From positions 232,564,001 through 232,628,000 of the forward strand of contig NC_086097.1 in assembly GCF_963921235.1 (NCBI RefSeq): DNA of 64,000 bases, written 5' to 3'. Both the position numbers and the translations under genes were made by a program. The stretch is from Mobula hypostoma (Eukaryota). The notes under the pieces were generated by a model that was not told the DNA's origin, ran no database searches, and saw only the letters and a list, made by a program, of their open reading frames with translations. Positions 47,421 through 61,166 of this stretch are shown here, piece after piece; position 1 is the stretch's first letter, and each line of letters begins with the position of its first letter.

Positions 47421-48002
47421 GTTAAACACAGAGTTGCAGTTTCTGTGATTTGGCATGTCTTGGCTCTGTAGTACAGAATTAGACAAATTAATTCAAGGTA
47501 AGATCTAATTATAATCTAAAATTAACTTAAGTCTTTACGTAATTAAACTACCAGTGCAACCTTTGCAATCTCGGTTGACAATATTTCCAACTTTTTGGAA
47601 CTTTTGGTTAGCAATGGATTCTGAGAACTGAAGCCCTGTGTAACCCATGGAGTATCCTGCTTTTTAAAAAAAAGACATCTCTCCCAAAGGTGATGAAGGA
47701 GTAGGATCTGTGGTGTAGTCCCAGAGTTTGAACTTGTATATTCGGCAGGTGACTTTTAAGAATGAAAAATAATAAATCAGTAATTTTTGCGTATCTTGAA
47801 TATAATTTGTGCTTGAAGTCTTGAAGTCAGATTAGCTTTGATATTAGTTGTCTCATTCAATGCAACATAATATTTCACTAGTATTGAGGCTTTCTCCTTG
47901 AGTTTTTTTGCCAGTTGAGCCATTTAATTAACTTTCCTGTTTCTGCATAATGTTGCTCACCTGTGTAAATTTCTACTCTTCCTGTTATTCCCCAACCCTC
48001 AG

Positions 48003-48123
48003 GCAGCAGAAGCTTGCTGAGAGAGAAAAGAGGTCAGCTGAACAACAGAGGAAGAAGATAGAAAAGGATGCACAAAGATTACTGAGAAAGGAACAGAACA
48101 AAATTGCTGTAAAACTTTCATAA
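48003..48123 (+). CDS. EBAG9: EBAG9 coding exon 6, C-terminal coiled coil (R-QQKLAEREKRSAEQQRKKIEKDAQRLLRKEQNKIAVKLS*)
   Basis: Acceptor ccccaaccctcag|, TAA at 48121-48123. The six exons sum to 645 nt, an uninterrupted 214-aa ORF. Confidence 0.96.
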
Positions 48124-49871
48124 CTATAAGTGATCTATCAGGACCTGTGGTAACTATGACCGGTGTATTTTGTCGAAGAATGTTTTTTTAAGTAATTGCT
48201 ATTGCTGTGCATTTGATCGGTACAGCTTCAGTTTTGCCTGTCACCACCTGATGCTTGGAAATCTTTCTGGATTACTGGAAATCATTGAGATGAGGGATTT
48301 TTTTTCAGTGTATACATATTTTTGTCAGGTGTCCAATCAGTGCATTGTTCAATGCAGTACTTTACTGTATCAGCATCTGAAATCTGGGTAGATTATTTAC
48401 AGTAGTTCTTCAGGTTCAATATTAGGAATATCTGTAGTTGTGTGGCATAATTTATCTATATGTAAAATACCTTTCATTTGAAATTATATTTAAACATTAA
48501 AAAGTGTTGGTCCGTTCCTTTGACTGTCCAGATTTACTTATCATCATTTAGTTCTGCTATTGTTAGACAATAAGATATTACCAATGAAATCAAGGAATTA
48601 TCAAAATATCAGAGTTAGTGTTGTATATATTTTCTAAACAGATTCTTGAGAGAATGGTAGGTACAAAGAGAGAACTAAATATGTTTATATGTATCTGCTT
48701 AAATATCTCAAAGTTGCTAGCTAGAAACTAAATAGGACCGTTACAGAAGCTCAGTTTTTTTAAAAAGATGAATTCATTACTTTTGGCTTTTTGGAAGTTA
48801 GCATTTTGGTTGATTACTGTACAGATTAAAATACTATTCCTGCGGGAGCAATGAGAATGTAACTATTATGAAGCTTGATGTGTGTCTGTATTTGCATCTA
48901 GTTAATTGACACTGCTGTAAGATTTGAAATTTTAACATAATTTATTGTTCCACAGCATCAGCCATGTTTTTTTTTAGGAAGCCGGCCAAATTGGCTTGTG
49001 TTTATTTTTGTTAAGCTGTTTTTCATATTTCTTTTAATTGCTTTAAAATGACATGTTGCCTTGAATGCAATTTTGTACTTTAAATGAAAGTTATCCTTAT
49101 TCTGCTCTGAGTAGGCACCTAATGATAGTCTTATGGACTCTGTAATCTAAAGTGAAAGAATATTTTTAATATTGTGAAAAATACGGTGAAACTGCTGCCT
49201 AATCCGTAACTAGAACAGAATCATTTTTAAACCTATGCTATATTGCTATTCCAGTCCACATCTTGAAATGTGCTGATTAAAAGGTGCTTAGTCTACAACT
49301 ATGATTCAATTTACTGGCAATGAGCATACCAGGTTTTTTTTCATAAATGAGATGCCTAGATATGTTTTACTATTCTGTGCATTCAGAGTTTTTTGGACAA
49401 AATTCCCTAAGCAAAAATGTAATTCACTATAGTGCATTGAAAATAATTTAACATACAAGGTTCACTAGACTTGAGTCTGGCTTAATGGTCTTTCCTTGCT
49501 GATTCTGCTGCAGTTTTACGGATACCTCACACATCCATCTTGTCACCTACTAGACAAGATATTTGGCTATTTAAATAATGTCTTTTTAGGGTTTTTGCAT
49601 AGTTTGTCTGTATGCATCCAGCAGAGCTAAAGCCAGCACAGAAATGGGAGCAGAAACCATCAATGAATAATGTCACTCACTAGGAAACAATAGTTTGGGT
49701 AATGACTATTCATTATTTAACAATTGGTAATATTGTCATCTGGTGTGTTGATATAAAAACAAATGACTTTATTAAGAGAATTTATCAAATTTATAAAAAT
49801 TGCCCTACAGATAAAAATATAATCTAACAAAAACTGTAAAGCATTAATTATAAAAGTGTAAATTGGAAAAT

Positions 49872-49877
49872 AATAAA
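49872..49877 (+). terminator. Candidate EBAG9 polyadenylation signal AATAAA
   Basis: Canonical hexamer ~1.75 kb after the stop codon, in AT-rich, TE-poor sequence. Confidence 0.4.
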
Positions 49878-50096
49878 GCTAATATACATGAGTTAGTTCA
49901 GCCCTTCTGTTAAGGGCTGAACTAACTTGTGTTGGCTTTACCATTGCCCATCAAGTGTATAGTTAGAGCTCTCTTCCTCATACAGATTTTGGATCACTAA
50001 GTACTGACCTTTGCATCTGGCATATCATTTCTGGGCATCTGAACAAGTCACTAGTCCTGTTACCATCAAAACCCAGATTGCTCCTTACCTAAGGCC

Positions 50097-50176
50097 CAAA
50101 GGTTCCCAACCTGGAGTCCACGTACCCCTCGGTTAATGGTACGGGTCCATGTCATAAAAAGGGTTGGGAACCCCTG
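50097..50176. mobile_element. ~80-bp hAT-type MITE
   Basis: TIRs GGTTCCCAACC / GGTTGGGAACCCCTG. Same family as 57674-57754. Confidence 0.65.
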
Positions 50177-52115
50177 CCCTCGAATGATTTGTCCATATTC
50201 CTTGGTACTTTGTTCAACAATAGCCTAGAATTGAATTAAACTGTCAAGATATTGTCTATTATTCAGGTCTTCCTTACCAACTAGAATTGATGCTTTTAGC
50301 TGAACAAGGAGTGGTCTTGTCACTATTCCACATACTGGCTGCTGCCTCAGCTGACTTTATTTTTATCAAACTAGATGCACTGAAATAACTCCTATTAGTG
50401 TCCTCATAAAGTGCTTCTCCAAACACATTGACAGCTTTACTGGCCCTATTCCCTACCGTCCCCAATCTAATTTCAGCTCCGAGTAAACAGATTATCTTGG
50501 CTGTGTTTCTTCTCTGATATCCGTTCATTAGTCTTGGTAGTCAACGCGCGTGATATCCATGTGTTTTCTTGCCTATAAATTTCCGTTATTTTTGTTTAAC
50601 CTCGTCTGCCTAAACAGGGTGGTTATGTCTCATATGATGTCCAAAGCCCATCCAAACCAGCAAAAGCTTTATTGAAATAACTCTACTAAAGAAATTTGCT
50701 CTGCCTAGTTCCCTTAGTGGGATTGATGATATTAAGGCCACTTTTATACTTGGGAAAAGTAACAAGTTAGTGTGTGGAACATTTTCAAATTTGCTACTCT
50801 TGGAATGTAATATACTAGCTAATTCACTAGATACTTTACATTCCTATGCTTCACAAGTTCATTTTCATTTGAAAGCCTTCCTTGTATATATGAACTGTTT
50901 AAGATCATAAGACACAGGAGCAGAATTAGGCTGTTTGGCCCTTTGAGTCTGCTGCACCATTCCATCGTGCCTGGTTTATCATCCCTCTCTTCTGTGTTGC
51001 TATCAACATCCAGGACACTGTCCACAATCCTGTTCAATACAACACCTAGCATCTTTGCTGCTGCAATTACAATTGCCTCCATAACCCCTACCACCAGCAT
51101 CCATCCCTACCCTTTCCATCAGTTTCATTTTCATGTCGTACGTTTTATTGACCAAGTTTGCACAGCTATGTGTACTAATGCTAAATGACCTCAGAGTAGT
51201 AAGCCTAAAATCGTCCCTCAAGTAGGCTAAAATATCACAGTCTGTTTTAATGTATGCTTCAGCCAGGACCTTGAACCTCACACTCATCCTCTTCCTATAC
51301 ATCATGGAGGAACTTGCATCCAAGAAATTTTAAATTAAAAAAAAATTCTGAAAGCAGTCATCCTTGAAAGTTTGTGCAGCTACTCTTGAGTTTTGAGCAA
51401 TTCTTTCCAGACTAGTTAATTAAGAATCTGGCGTAGAACACAGTAGAGTTATCGTTTCAGAGTAACAATGCATCGTTGAGGAGGCTTCTCACCAATAAAA
51501 TCACGCAGACAATATCATTCACTTCCCAGCAACCTCTCGCAGCACGTATTAACGGGCAAAAGCCATTGCTCAAGATGAATACATTAAGGTGGAGCAGACA
51601 GTTACGAAGTTTGGTTTGCTGTGTCTCATGGTTATCACAATTGTCAGTTGATGATGTCATCACCTGTGCGCACTTTCATTAATGCCTCCCATGTCAGGCA
51701 TTGATTGTCACTGATTTAGTGAAGGACTCTGGTGAGGTGTACAATCAGTTTGCAGTTAAACATCTTGCACTATCTTTTATTCTGATTCAGCGGGTAATTA
51801 AAATATATTACACTTGTATTGAATTTGGTGAAAATATTGCAAAACTCAAAATTTTTCTTTGTATCCAGAGCTATTCAGAAGTTTTACTGTTGGCTTTAGA
51901 CTGCAAACCTAATACTACATGGTCATATCAAATATCTTTTATCACTCTAAGAATATAAATCACTTGTCAATCTGGTAATCATTGATCATTAGAAATAGTT
52001 TTCTTTGTCATAAGTTTTTTTTTCTACATTACTTTTAGCAACCTTTATACTAAGTCATGTAAATTGTATAATTTTTTATAAATCTGTAAAATACCTGTTT
52101 AAATTATTGTACAGT

Positions 52116-52155
52116 ATTAAAAAGGGCAATTGGAAACTCGTGGTCTTTGTTCTAT
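52116..52155 (+). terminator. Candidate distal poly(A) site (ATTAAA plus GU-rich downstream element)
   Basis: ATTAAA preceded by several TGTA motifs and followed ~20 nt later by GTGGTCTTTGTTCT. Confidence 0.4.
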
Positions 52156-52430
52156 TATATAAGTTGGGCAAAAGAGGAAAGTTATTTCAAGATGTTAAAC
52201 ATTTAACAAATGTCATTTGATCTGCTTGTGAAACTTTTTTATCTACCTTTATTTTTCCCTTGGCAGAAACCATCTGCATTTTGTGATAATTTCTTTGTAT
52301 TTTAGTTTGAATTTAATGAAAAATAAGTAAATTTGTTTTTAGATTTTGCCCAGTTTTGATTGCCCAAAGAAAGCACATTGTTGCTTTCCTTGTACTAGCT
52401 ACGTTATTGACTTGACATAATAATCTCTAT

Positions 52431-52453
52431 ACACACACACACACACACACACA
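52431..52453. repeat. (CA)n microsatellite
   Basis: Direct reading. Confidence 0.9.
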
Positions 52454-52744
52454 ATAATTTCAACACACCAATTATGTATGTACTTTTAAGATGCAGTTTA
52501 TCCTGCAACATCACCAGAATCTTCTGAGATCCATGAAGAAGCAGTTGGTTAGTTTGACAGTAATTAGGACACTTCAGCTGGGTGGAACTGAGAGTTTATG
52601 CAGTGCTTATAAAAGGTATTCAACTCTGCAGAAACTTTCATGCTTTATACAACATTGAATCACAGTGGATTTAATTTGGAGTTTTTGACTCGTGTCAAAG
52701 TGAAAACAGATTCTACAAAGTGATCTAAATTAATTACAAATATA

Positions 52745-53110
52745 AAACACAAAATAATTGATTACACAAGTAGTCCTCCCTCCTCCTCCTTCCCCCTTAA
52801 TATGACATACCAATTTGTCAGTGGTGCAGCTAACTGGTTTTAAAGTCAAATAAATGGAGATCAGCTGTGTGCAGTCAAGGTGTTGAATTGATTGTAGAAA
52901 AAATACACCTGTACCTGGAAGGCCCAACTGCTGGTGAGTCAGATCCTGGCAAAAACTACACCATGCAGCCAAAAGAACACCCCAAGTAACTCCACTTAAA
53001 GGTTATTAAGTCACTGAATATCCCTAGGAGTACAGTTAAGTCAATCTTCAAGAATATGGCACAGCTGGAAAACTGCCTAGAGCAGGCAGTCCTCAAAAAC
53101 TGAGTGACTG
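52745..53110 (+). mobile_element. Degenerate Tc1 5' fragment
   Basis: MQPKEHPK..., SLNIPRSTVKSI and LPRAGSPQKLSD transposase N-terminal remnants. Confidence 0.7.
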
Positions 53111-53444
53111 TTACAGTAAAACTCCAAACGTGCTCGGCTATTGTTCGGAAATTTTGAAAAAGGATCTAGTGCTTTATTGGCATATATGATGAACAAACTC
53201 TTCCTGGGCTTCCATTTGGGTACAGGTATTGATTTTAACCGATGTTTTTTGTTGCATGTTTCCTTTGACCAGCACACTACAGCAAATTCCTAACACGTGC
53301 GTGTATAAGGCAAATATCGTTGATCCCGATTTAAAAAAAAATCATAAAATGGCCAAGTAAAGTAGGTTTGAATAATTTAATGATCAAGTGACCTGTTCCT
53401 GTTAGACCGATCCGCAGCTGCTGAGGGAAGCTTAAATGGGAATT

Positions 53445-56400
53445 ACTGCCTGTGCCGTGCAACAGTGAGTATAGGAATAGAGTGAGGTGGAGAATAAATG
53501 CGTGGCTGAGGGATTGGAGCAGGGGGTAGAGATTCAGATTTCTGGATCATTCGGACCTCTTCTGGAGCAGGTGTGACCTGTACAAAAAGGATGGGTTGCA
53601 CTTGAATCCGAGGGGGACCAATATCCTGGCGGGGAGGTTTGTTAAGGCTATTCGGGAGAGTTTAAACTGGAATTGCTGGGGGTGGGGAGTGGGAACCGAA
53701 CTGAAGTGAAGGAGGAAATGGAGGTTGGCTCACAAATAGAGAAAGCTTGGAGACGAGAGGGAGGATAGGCAGGTGATAGAGAAGGGACGCGCTCAGACTG
53801 ATGGTTTGAGATGCGTCTATTTTAGTGCGAGGAGTATCATGAACAAAGCGGGTGAGCTTAGAGCTTGGATCAGCACTTGGAGCTATGATGTTGTGGCCAT
53901 TACAGAGACTTGGATGGTGCAGGGGCAGGAATGGCCACTTCAAGTGCCAGGCTTTAGATGTTTCAGAAAGGACAGGGAGGGAGGCAGAAGAGGTGGGGGC
54001 GTGGCAATGTTGATCAGAGATAGTGTCACAACTGCAGAAGAGGAGGAAGTCATGGAGGAGTTGTCTACGGAGTCTCTGGGTGGAAGTTAGGAATAGGAAG
54101 GGGTCAGTAACTCTACTGGGTATTTTTATAGACCACCCAGTAGTAACAGGGACATCGAGGAGCAGATAGGGAGACCTATTCCGCAAAGGTGTAATAATAA
54201 GTGTTGCGGTGGGAGATTTTAATTTCCCGAATATTGATTGGCACCTTCCTAGAGTAAGGGGTTTAGATGAGATGGAGTTTGTTAGGTGTGTTCCGGAAGG
54301 TTTCTTGACATAATATGTAGATAAGCCACAAGAGGAGAGGCTGTACTTGATCTGGTATTGGGAAATGAACCTGTTCAGGTGTCAGATCTCTCAGTGGGAA
54401 AGCATTTTGGAGAAAGTGATCACAATTCTATCTCTTTCACCATAGCATTGGAGAGAGATAGGAACAGACAAGTGAGGAAAGCATTTAATTGGAGTAAGAG
54501 GAAATATGAGGCTAAAGGCAGGATCTTGGAAGCATAAATTGGGGACAGATGTTCCCAGGGAAATGTGTGGAAGAAATGTGGCAAACGCTCAGGGGATATT
54601 TGCGTGGGGTTCTGCGTAGGTACGTTCCAATGAGACGGAAAGAGATGGTTGGGTACAGGAATCGTGGTTTACAAAGGCTGTTGTAAGTCAAGTCAAGAAG
54701 AAAAGAAGAGCTAACGAAAGGTTCAAAAACTAGATAATGATAGAGATCTAAAAGATTATAAGGCTGGCAGGAAGGAGTTTAAGAATGAAATTAGGAGAGC
54801 CAGAAGGGGCCATGAGAAGGCCTTGGCAGACAGGATTAAGGAAAACCCTAAGGCATTCTACAAGTATGTGAACAGCAAGAGGATAAGACGTAAGCGAATA
54901 GGACCAATCAAGTGTGACAGTCGAAATGTGTGTAATGAACTGGAGGAGATAGCAGAGGTACTTAATGAATACTTTGCTTCAGTATTCACTATGGAAAAGG
55001 ATCTTGGCGATTTCAGGGATGACTTGCAGTGGACTGAAAAGCTTGAGCATGTAGATATTAAGGAAGAGGATGTGCTGGAGCTTTTGGTAAGTATCAAGTT
55101 GGATAAGTTACCAGGATCGGATGAGATGTACCCCAGGCTACCGTGGGAGGCGAGGGAGGAGATTGCTGAGCCTCTGGTGATGATCTTTGCATCATTAATG
55201 GGGATGGGAGAGGTTCTGAAGGATTGGAGGTTTTGCGGATGTTATTCCCTTATTCAAGAAAGGGAGTAGAGATGGCCCAGGAAATTATAGACCAATGAGT
55301 CTTACTTCAGTGGTTGGTAAGTTGATGGAGAAGATCCTGAGAGGCAGAATTTATGAACACTTGGTGAGGCATAATGTGATTAGGAATAGCCAGCATAGCT
55401 TTGTCAAAGGCAGGTCATGCCTTATGAGCCTGATTGAATTTTTTTGAGGATGTGACTAATCACGTTGATGAAGGTAGAGCCATAGGTGTAGTGTATATGG
55501 ATTTCAGCAGGGCATTTGATAAGGTACCACAAGCAAGGCTGATTGAGAAAGTAAGGAGGTGTGGGATCCAAGGGGACATTGCTTTGTGGATCCAGAACAG
55601 GCTTGCCAACAGAAGGCAAAGAGTGGTTGTAGACGGGCCATATTCTGCATGGAGGTTGGTCACCAGTGGTGTGCCTCAGGGATCATTTCAAGGACCCCTA
55701 CTCTTCATGATTTTTATAAATGACCTGGATGAGGAAGTGGAGGGATGGGTTAGTAAATTTGCAGATGTCACAAAGGTTGGGGTGTTGTGGATAGTGTGGA
55801 GGGCTGTCAGAGGTTACAGCAGGACGTTGATAGGATGCAAAACTAGGCTGAGAAGTGGCAGATGGAGTTCCACCCAGATAAGTGTGAGGTGGTTCATTTT
55901 GATCGGTCAAATATGATGGCAGAATATAGTATTAATGGTAAGACTCTTGGCAGTGTGGAGGATGTGAAAGATCTTGGGGGTCTGAGTCCATAGGACACTC
56001 AACGCTGCTACACAGGTTGGCTCTGTGGTTAAGAAGGCATATGGTGCATTGGCCTTCATCAACCATGGGTTTGAGTTTAAGAGCCGAGAGGCAATGTTGC
56101 AACTATATAGGACGCTGGTCAGACCCCACTTGGAGCACTCTGCTCAATTCTGGTCGCCTCACTACAGGAAGGATGTGGAAACCACAGAAGAGGTGCAGAG
56201 GAGATTTACAAGTATGTTGCCTGGATTGGGGAGCATGCCTTATGAGAATAGGTTGAGTGAACTCAGCCTTTTCTCCTTGGAGTGACAGAGGTTGAGAGGT
56301 GATCTGATAGAGGTGTACAAGATAATGAGCAGCATTGATTGTGTGGATAGTCAGAGGTATTTCCCAGGGCTGAAATGGCTAGCACAAGAGTGCACAGTTT

Positions 56401-56590
56401 TAAGGTTCTTGGAAGTAGGTACAGAGTAGATGTCAGGGGTAAGTTTTTACGCAGAGGGTGGTGAGTGTGTGGAATGGGCTGTCAGTGGCAGTGGTGGAGG
56501 TGGAAATGATAGGATCTTTTAAGAGACTCCTGGATAGGTACATGGAGCATAGAAAAATAGAGGGCCTAGGTAGTTCTAAAGTAAGGCAAC
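53445..56590 (+). mobile_element. Near-full-length degenerate CR1 (ORF1 C-terminus, APE, RT, 3' UTR)
   Basis: KKDGLHLNPRG, CVYFSARSI, AITETW and RT motifs, with many frameshifts. Confidence 0.92.
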
Positions 56591-57673
56591 TTGATGTTAA
56601 TTCATAGCTATTTAAACTTAAACTGTTTGCATTGAATTAATATTTTAGTAATGTTTGAACACATGCAAACAATGGCTATCATCCAGAAAGCATGTGATGC
56701 TTCCATTCTGCATGTTAAACACATCAGTACCGTTTGATGATGAAAATCTAAATGGATTAGCCTGTGTCAATAGAGTCATAGATCACTATAGCACAGAAAG
56801 GGGCCCTTCAGCCCATCTAGTCCAAGCCAAGTTTTTAATCAGCCTAGTCCCATTGACCTACACTTGGACCATAGCACTCTTTACCCCTTCCATCCAGGTA
56901 CCTATCCAAATTTTACTTAAATGTTGTAATGACAGTATGGGAGTCCTAGTCAATATGTGGAAAGTTAAAATCACCTACTACCACAACCTTATGTTTCTTG
57001 CAACAGTCTGCAATCTGTCTACAAATTTGCTCTCTCAATCTGCTGACTGTTGGGTTGTCTGAAATATAGCCTCATTAATGTAGCCATAGCTTTCTTTTTC
57101 CTAAAATGACTGTTAACCCTTAATCACAGAAAAACACCTTTGTACTAAAATGTATAAAATCAAAAAGCTTACAAAGGTGAAAGGAAAAGGCTTTGAAGTG
57201 TTCCTGATACAGTGAGAGTTGGAGTCGATTACCCCAGAAATGACCACTAGGGGGACCTCTTACCTGTTTTGAGATGAGAGGCAGTTTTGTGTTGTTTATA
57301 ATCCCAATCTCCCCTATTGATAATGAAACAAGTAAAAATGAAAGGCAGCTGCCACTTTTGTATAAATCCTCGGCATTACAGCCATAAGGAAGATGCATGG
57401 CTGGCATCTTAGCTCTTTATGCCATTTCTCATTTTAATGAGATCACTATTGACCTGCACATCAACTCACCTTTATCCTAATTTGCTAAAAATTGTTGATT
57501 AATAAAATCAACTTACGTTGTTTTTTTACTGAGCTGTGACGGGGCATGGCTAGAGGGGAGTTGCAGATTTCTGCTCTACATTTTGTGGGAGAAAAAATCT
57601 TCCTGGCATTAATTTAGAATGGCCTAGCTCTAGTTTTAAGGTTATGCCTTGTTCTGGAATTAATCCTTTAAAG

Positions 57674-57754
57674 CAGGGGTTCGCAATCTGGGGTCCATAG
57701 ATTCCCTCGGATAATGGTATGGGTCCATGGTATAAAAAAGATTGTGAATCCCTA
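57674..57754. mobile_element. ~80-bp hAT-type MITE
   Basis: CAGGGGTTCGCAATC / GATTGTGAATCCCTA; imperfect 8-bp TSD CTTTAAAG/CCTTAAAA. Confidence 0.65.
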
Positions 57755-57904
57755 CCTTAAAAGAAATAGTTGCAATCTACATTGATTGTGCCAAGCACCT
57801 CAATTAGATTACACCCTTAATCTGCTAATGGAACTTTGTTATTCTGTTAAGGAATCATAGTTATGAAGAGACAAAGATATCTTAATCCTGTTAACATTCA
57901 CAAC

Positions 57905-58212
57905 ATGGGAGCGTCATAGGAGTGCAATGTTATTACGGCTGGGGGGGGGGCGGTGCCGTCCCTTGTCAGGAATCTGTACATCCTCCCCATGAATTTGTGT
58001 GTCAGGAGTTTATACATCCTCCCCGTGAATTTGTGTGTTTACTCCGGGTGCTCTGGTTCTCGCCCACAATCCAAAGACGTACCAGTTAGTAGGGTAATTG
58101 GTCATTGTAAATGCTCCTATAGTTAGGCGAGGGTTAAATAGGTGGGTTGATAGGCACTGTGGCTCATTGAGCCAGAAGGGCCTGTTCCACGCGGTATCTC
58201 TAAGTAAATACA
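57905..58212 (+). mobile_element. V-domain SINE with short internal tandem duplication
   Basis: GTCAGGA..TACATCCTCCCC.TGAATTTGTGTGT occurs twice, followed by the V-domain. Confidence 0.7.
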
Positions 58213-59469
58213 ATAACAAAGAAATTCATTCTGCTGAAGTTACTCTATGCTCCTTCATTCAAGGTCAATGGAAACTTCCTAAGAACTGAGGTAGTACTCT
58301 AAATGGTTCAATGGTTCTACTTAATATCAGAGAATGTATACAAGTATACAACCTGAAATTCTTACTCTTCACAGACGACCACAAAGCAGAAGAAAGACCC
58401 CAAAGAAAGAATGACAGAAAAACATTAGAACCCCGATGTCATCTAATTACAACATTAACCAACAAGAACATACTTTCCTACCTTCCTATTCCCTTTAATT
58501 ATCTAATGAAGCTGACTGATTTTAAATGAACCTCTTGCTTCTTCCAAGGAGAATTCCCCTCTGAATCTGGATGACGTGTTATGCCAGGCCTGGGAGGGTT
58601 CCCTACCATCCGCGTGGCCTTATCCAATTTGTGACAAATTTTTCATTAACTAAGGGTATGAAGCAAATAACCTTTTTAATTCACATGCTTAGGCATAATG
58701 TATTTGTGAGAGCTTGTGTGGTTGTGAGTCTGTCAGCATTAAAGCGCTGTATTTATTGAGCTGAAGAAGTCACCTTGACTAGGGATATTATAATATTTTT
58801 TCTGGCTGTACTCCAGTGTAATTGGGTTATCTCCCCCAGCCTGTACCTCACACCAGCACATCAACACTTCCTTCTTAGATGTGCTCCACATGCTCATCAG
58901 TCTCTCCTTCATGGCTGCCAAATACCACAGAGAGCAGAAGCACACATTGTGTGCCTTTAAACACTGATGCCTTTCTCTGATTACAGTGCATTCCATCACA
59001 GGCAAAGTCCTCTCCACCACTGAGCACATCTACTGTCGCAAGGAAGGAGCGTCCATCATCAAAGACCACCACCAACCAGGCCATGTCCTTGGCTCACTAG
59101 GACTATTTGGCAGGAGATACAGAGGCTTTAGGGACCACATCAGCAGGTTCAGGAACAGCTACCACCCTACAACAATCAGCGTGGCTAACTTCACTCACCT
59201 CAACTCTGATTCTACAGAGTTTTTGACATCTAGTCCATGTCAAACTATTGTTCTGCCTAGTCCCATCAACCTGCATCTGGACCCATCCATGCACCTATCC
59301 AAATCGAACCTACATCCACCATTTCCGCTGGCTGCTCATTCCACACACTCACGACCCTCTGAGTGAAGAAGTTCCTCATCATGTTCCCCTTAAACATTTC
59401 ACCTTTCACCCTTGACCCATGACCTCTAGTTCCAGTCTCATCCAACCTGCTTGCATTCACTCTATCTAT

Positions 59470-59991
59470 GTCTGTCTGTCTAGGTACCATATCCGATGCG
59501 GACTTTGGTGACCATAGTTTTCCATATAGATCTATCCTCCGTTTTTTGGATGACTTCCATTTCCTCGATGTGTAGCCACCTGGCTATGCTTTTGATGTAC
59601 ATAAGCCGAGGTCTTCCTCTAGGTTTGCTCCCCTCAATCTTTCCAGAGAGTATGAGATTTTCTAGTTCATCTTTCCGCATGATGTGCCCTAGGAATCTGA
59701 GTTGTCTTTCTCTTATTGTTGGTATGATTGATCGAACTGCTTGGGCTCTTCTGAGAACTTCTTCATTTGATGCTTCCTCATTTTGAAAACTTTCCCAAAA
59801 ATGAAGACGATATTAACAGACAGAAAGATGAGCATGCACACTAAAAACAGAATACTGCAGTGCTACAGTTATTCTATCCTGACTTATGGAAGGGAATGCT
59901 GGACCATTTCTCCAGCAATGGAAAAGAGACTAGAAGCAGCTGAATTATGGTTCTGCAGGAGAATGTTAAAAATATCATGGACAGCAACACA
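59470..59991 (-). mobile_element. RTE-clade LINE with 5' inversion, nested in an old CR1
   Basis: Minus: SNEEVLRR..RQLRFLGHIMRK..GKIEGSKPRGRPR, (GACA)n tail. Plus: YSILTYGRECWTI..ELWFCRRMLKISWT. 12-bp TSD CACTCTATCTAT (59458-59469, 59992-60003). Confidence 0.9.
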
Positions 59992-60419
59992 CACTCTATC
60001 TATATCTCTCATACATCTCCCCTCATTCTCCTACGCTCAAGAATGAAGTCCTAACCTAGTCAACCTTTCCCTGTAGTTTTAGCATAGTAAAAAGATGTAA
60101 TGCCTTATCCGGGTAATAGGAAGATCTGCCCTATAGCTCAGTGCTGCGGCCTTTAACTTGTGCGAATAACCGGGATTCATAGAAGGCAAATTTGCTGGTC
60201 AAATCAAACTGAGAGCACTTGCAATCAAAGGTGACACCGGAAGGTATATATTTTGAATAGGAAACAGCAAATTAAGTTTAATGAATGGAAAGTACTTCAT
60301 TAACCCAGTATCTACATGAATATTGGCTTAAGGGAGAAAGGAGAGAATTCTGGTCTGTGGTTTTTGTCAGAGAGAACTATGGTGAACAAAGGTACTCCAC
60401 AGGATTCAAATCATTTTGA

Positions 60420-60680
60420 CATAGAATATAGAGCATAGAACATTAGAGTGCAATACAGGCACTTTAGTCCACAATGTTGTGCTGATCTTTTACCGTACTC
60501 TAAGATCAATCTCACCTTTCCCTCCCACATAGCCCTCCATTTTTCTATCATCCATATGCCTATTGAAGAGTTTCTTAAATGTCCCTAATGTATCTGCCAC
60601 CACTCCGAGAAATGCATTCCATGCACTCACCAATCTCCGTACCTCATACACCACCCCTCCCTTACTTTCCTTCAATCACC
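60420..60680 (-). mobile_element. CR1 3' fragment
   Basis: LVSAWNA..ADTLGTFKKL; 3' UTR. Confidence 0.7.
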
Positions 60681-61166
60681 TTAATCTCCATCAGATCTGG
60701 AGTGTTCCCCTTACACTTGTGAAGGGGAAATGACATTAAACAATCTTGAATCTTGTATCAGCCATTTCCTCCTTGGGATAAAGTTTTACAATTTGGATGT
60801 GGGTGTAAAAGGTAAAATTTCGTAATCTGCGAAGGTATCAGGGCAGCTGTGAGAATGGATAGTCGAATGGCAGATGAAATTACGTGCAAAGTACTGTGAA
60901 GTAACACCTCTAGGCAGAAAGTACAAGGGGAGATTGTTATACTTCTAAAAGGGATGCAGAACCAAATGGACTGGATGTGCTTAAGTGTCTACAGTAGGAA
61001 CTGGCTGTCATATTGGGAATAAGTGAAGCAAATGGAATCACAGTTACATTAAAGAGGCATAGAAGACAGAAGCAGGATTTATTTTTCCCTGTCCAGTTAG
61101 CACACAATTGGCTGGGTAAATCTGACTGCCAGGCTTTTGAAAGGATGTATTTTATTTATTGAGATT

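Noticed and set aside
50819..51323. ORFs of 81-106 aa downstream of EBAG9
   Set aside because: No recognisable domain or splice structure. They partly overlap a CR1 tail remnant.
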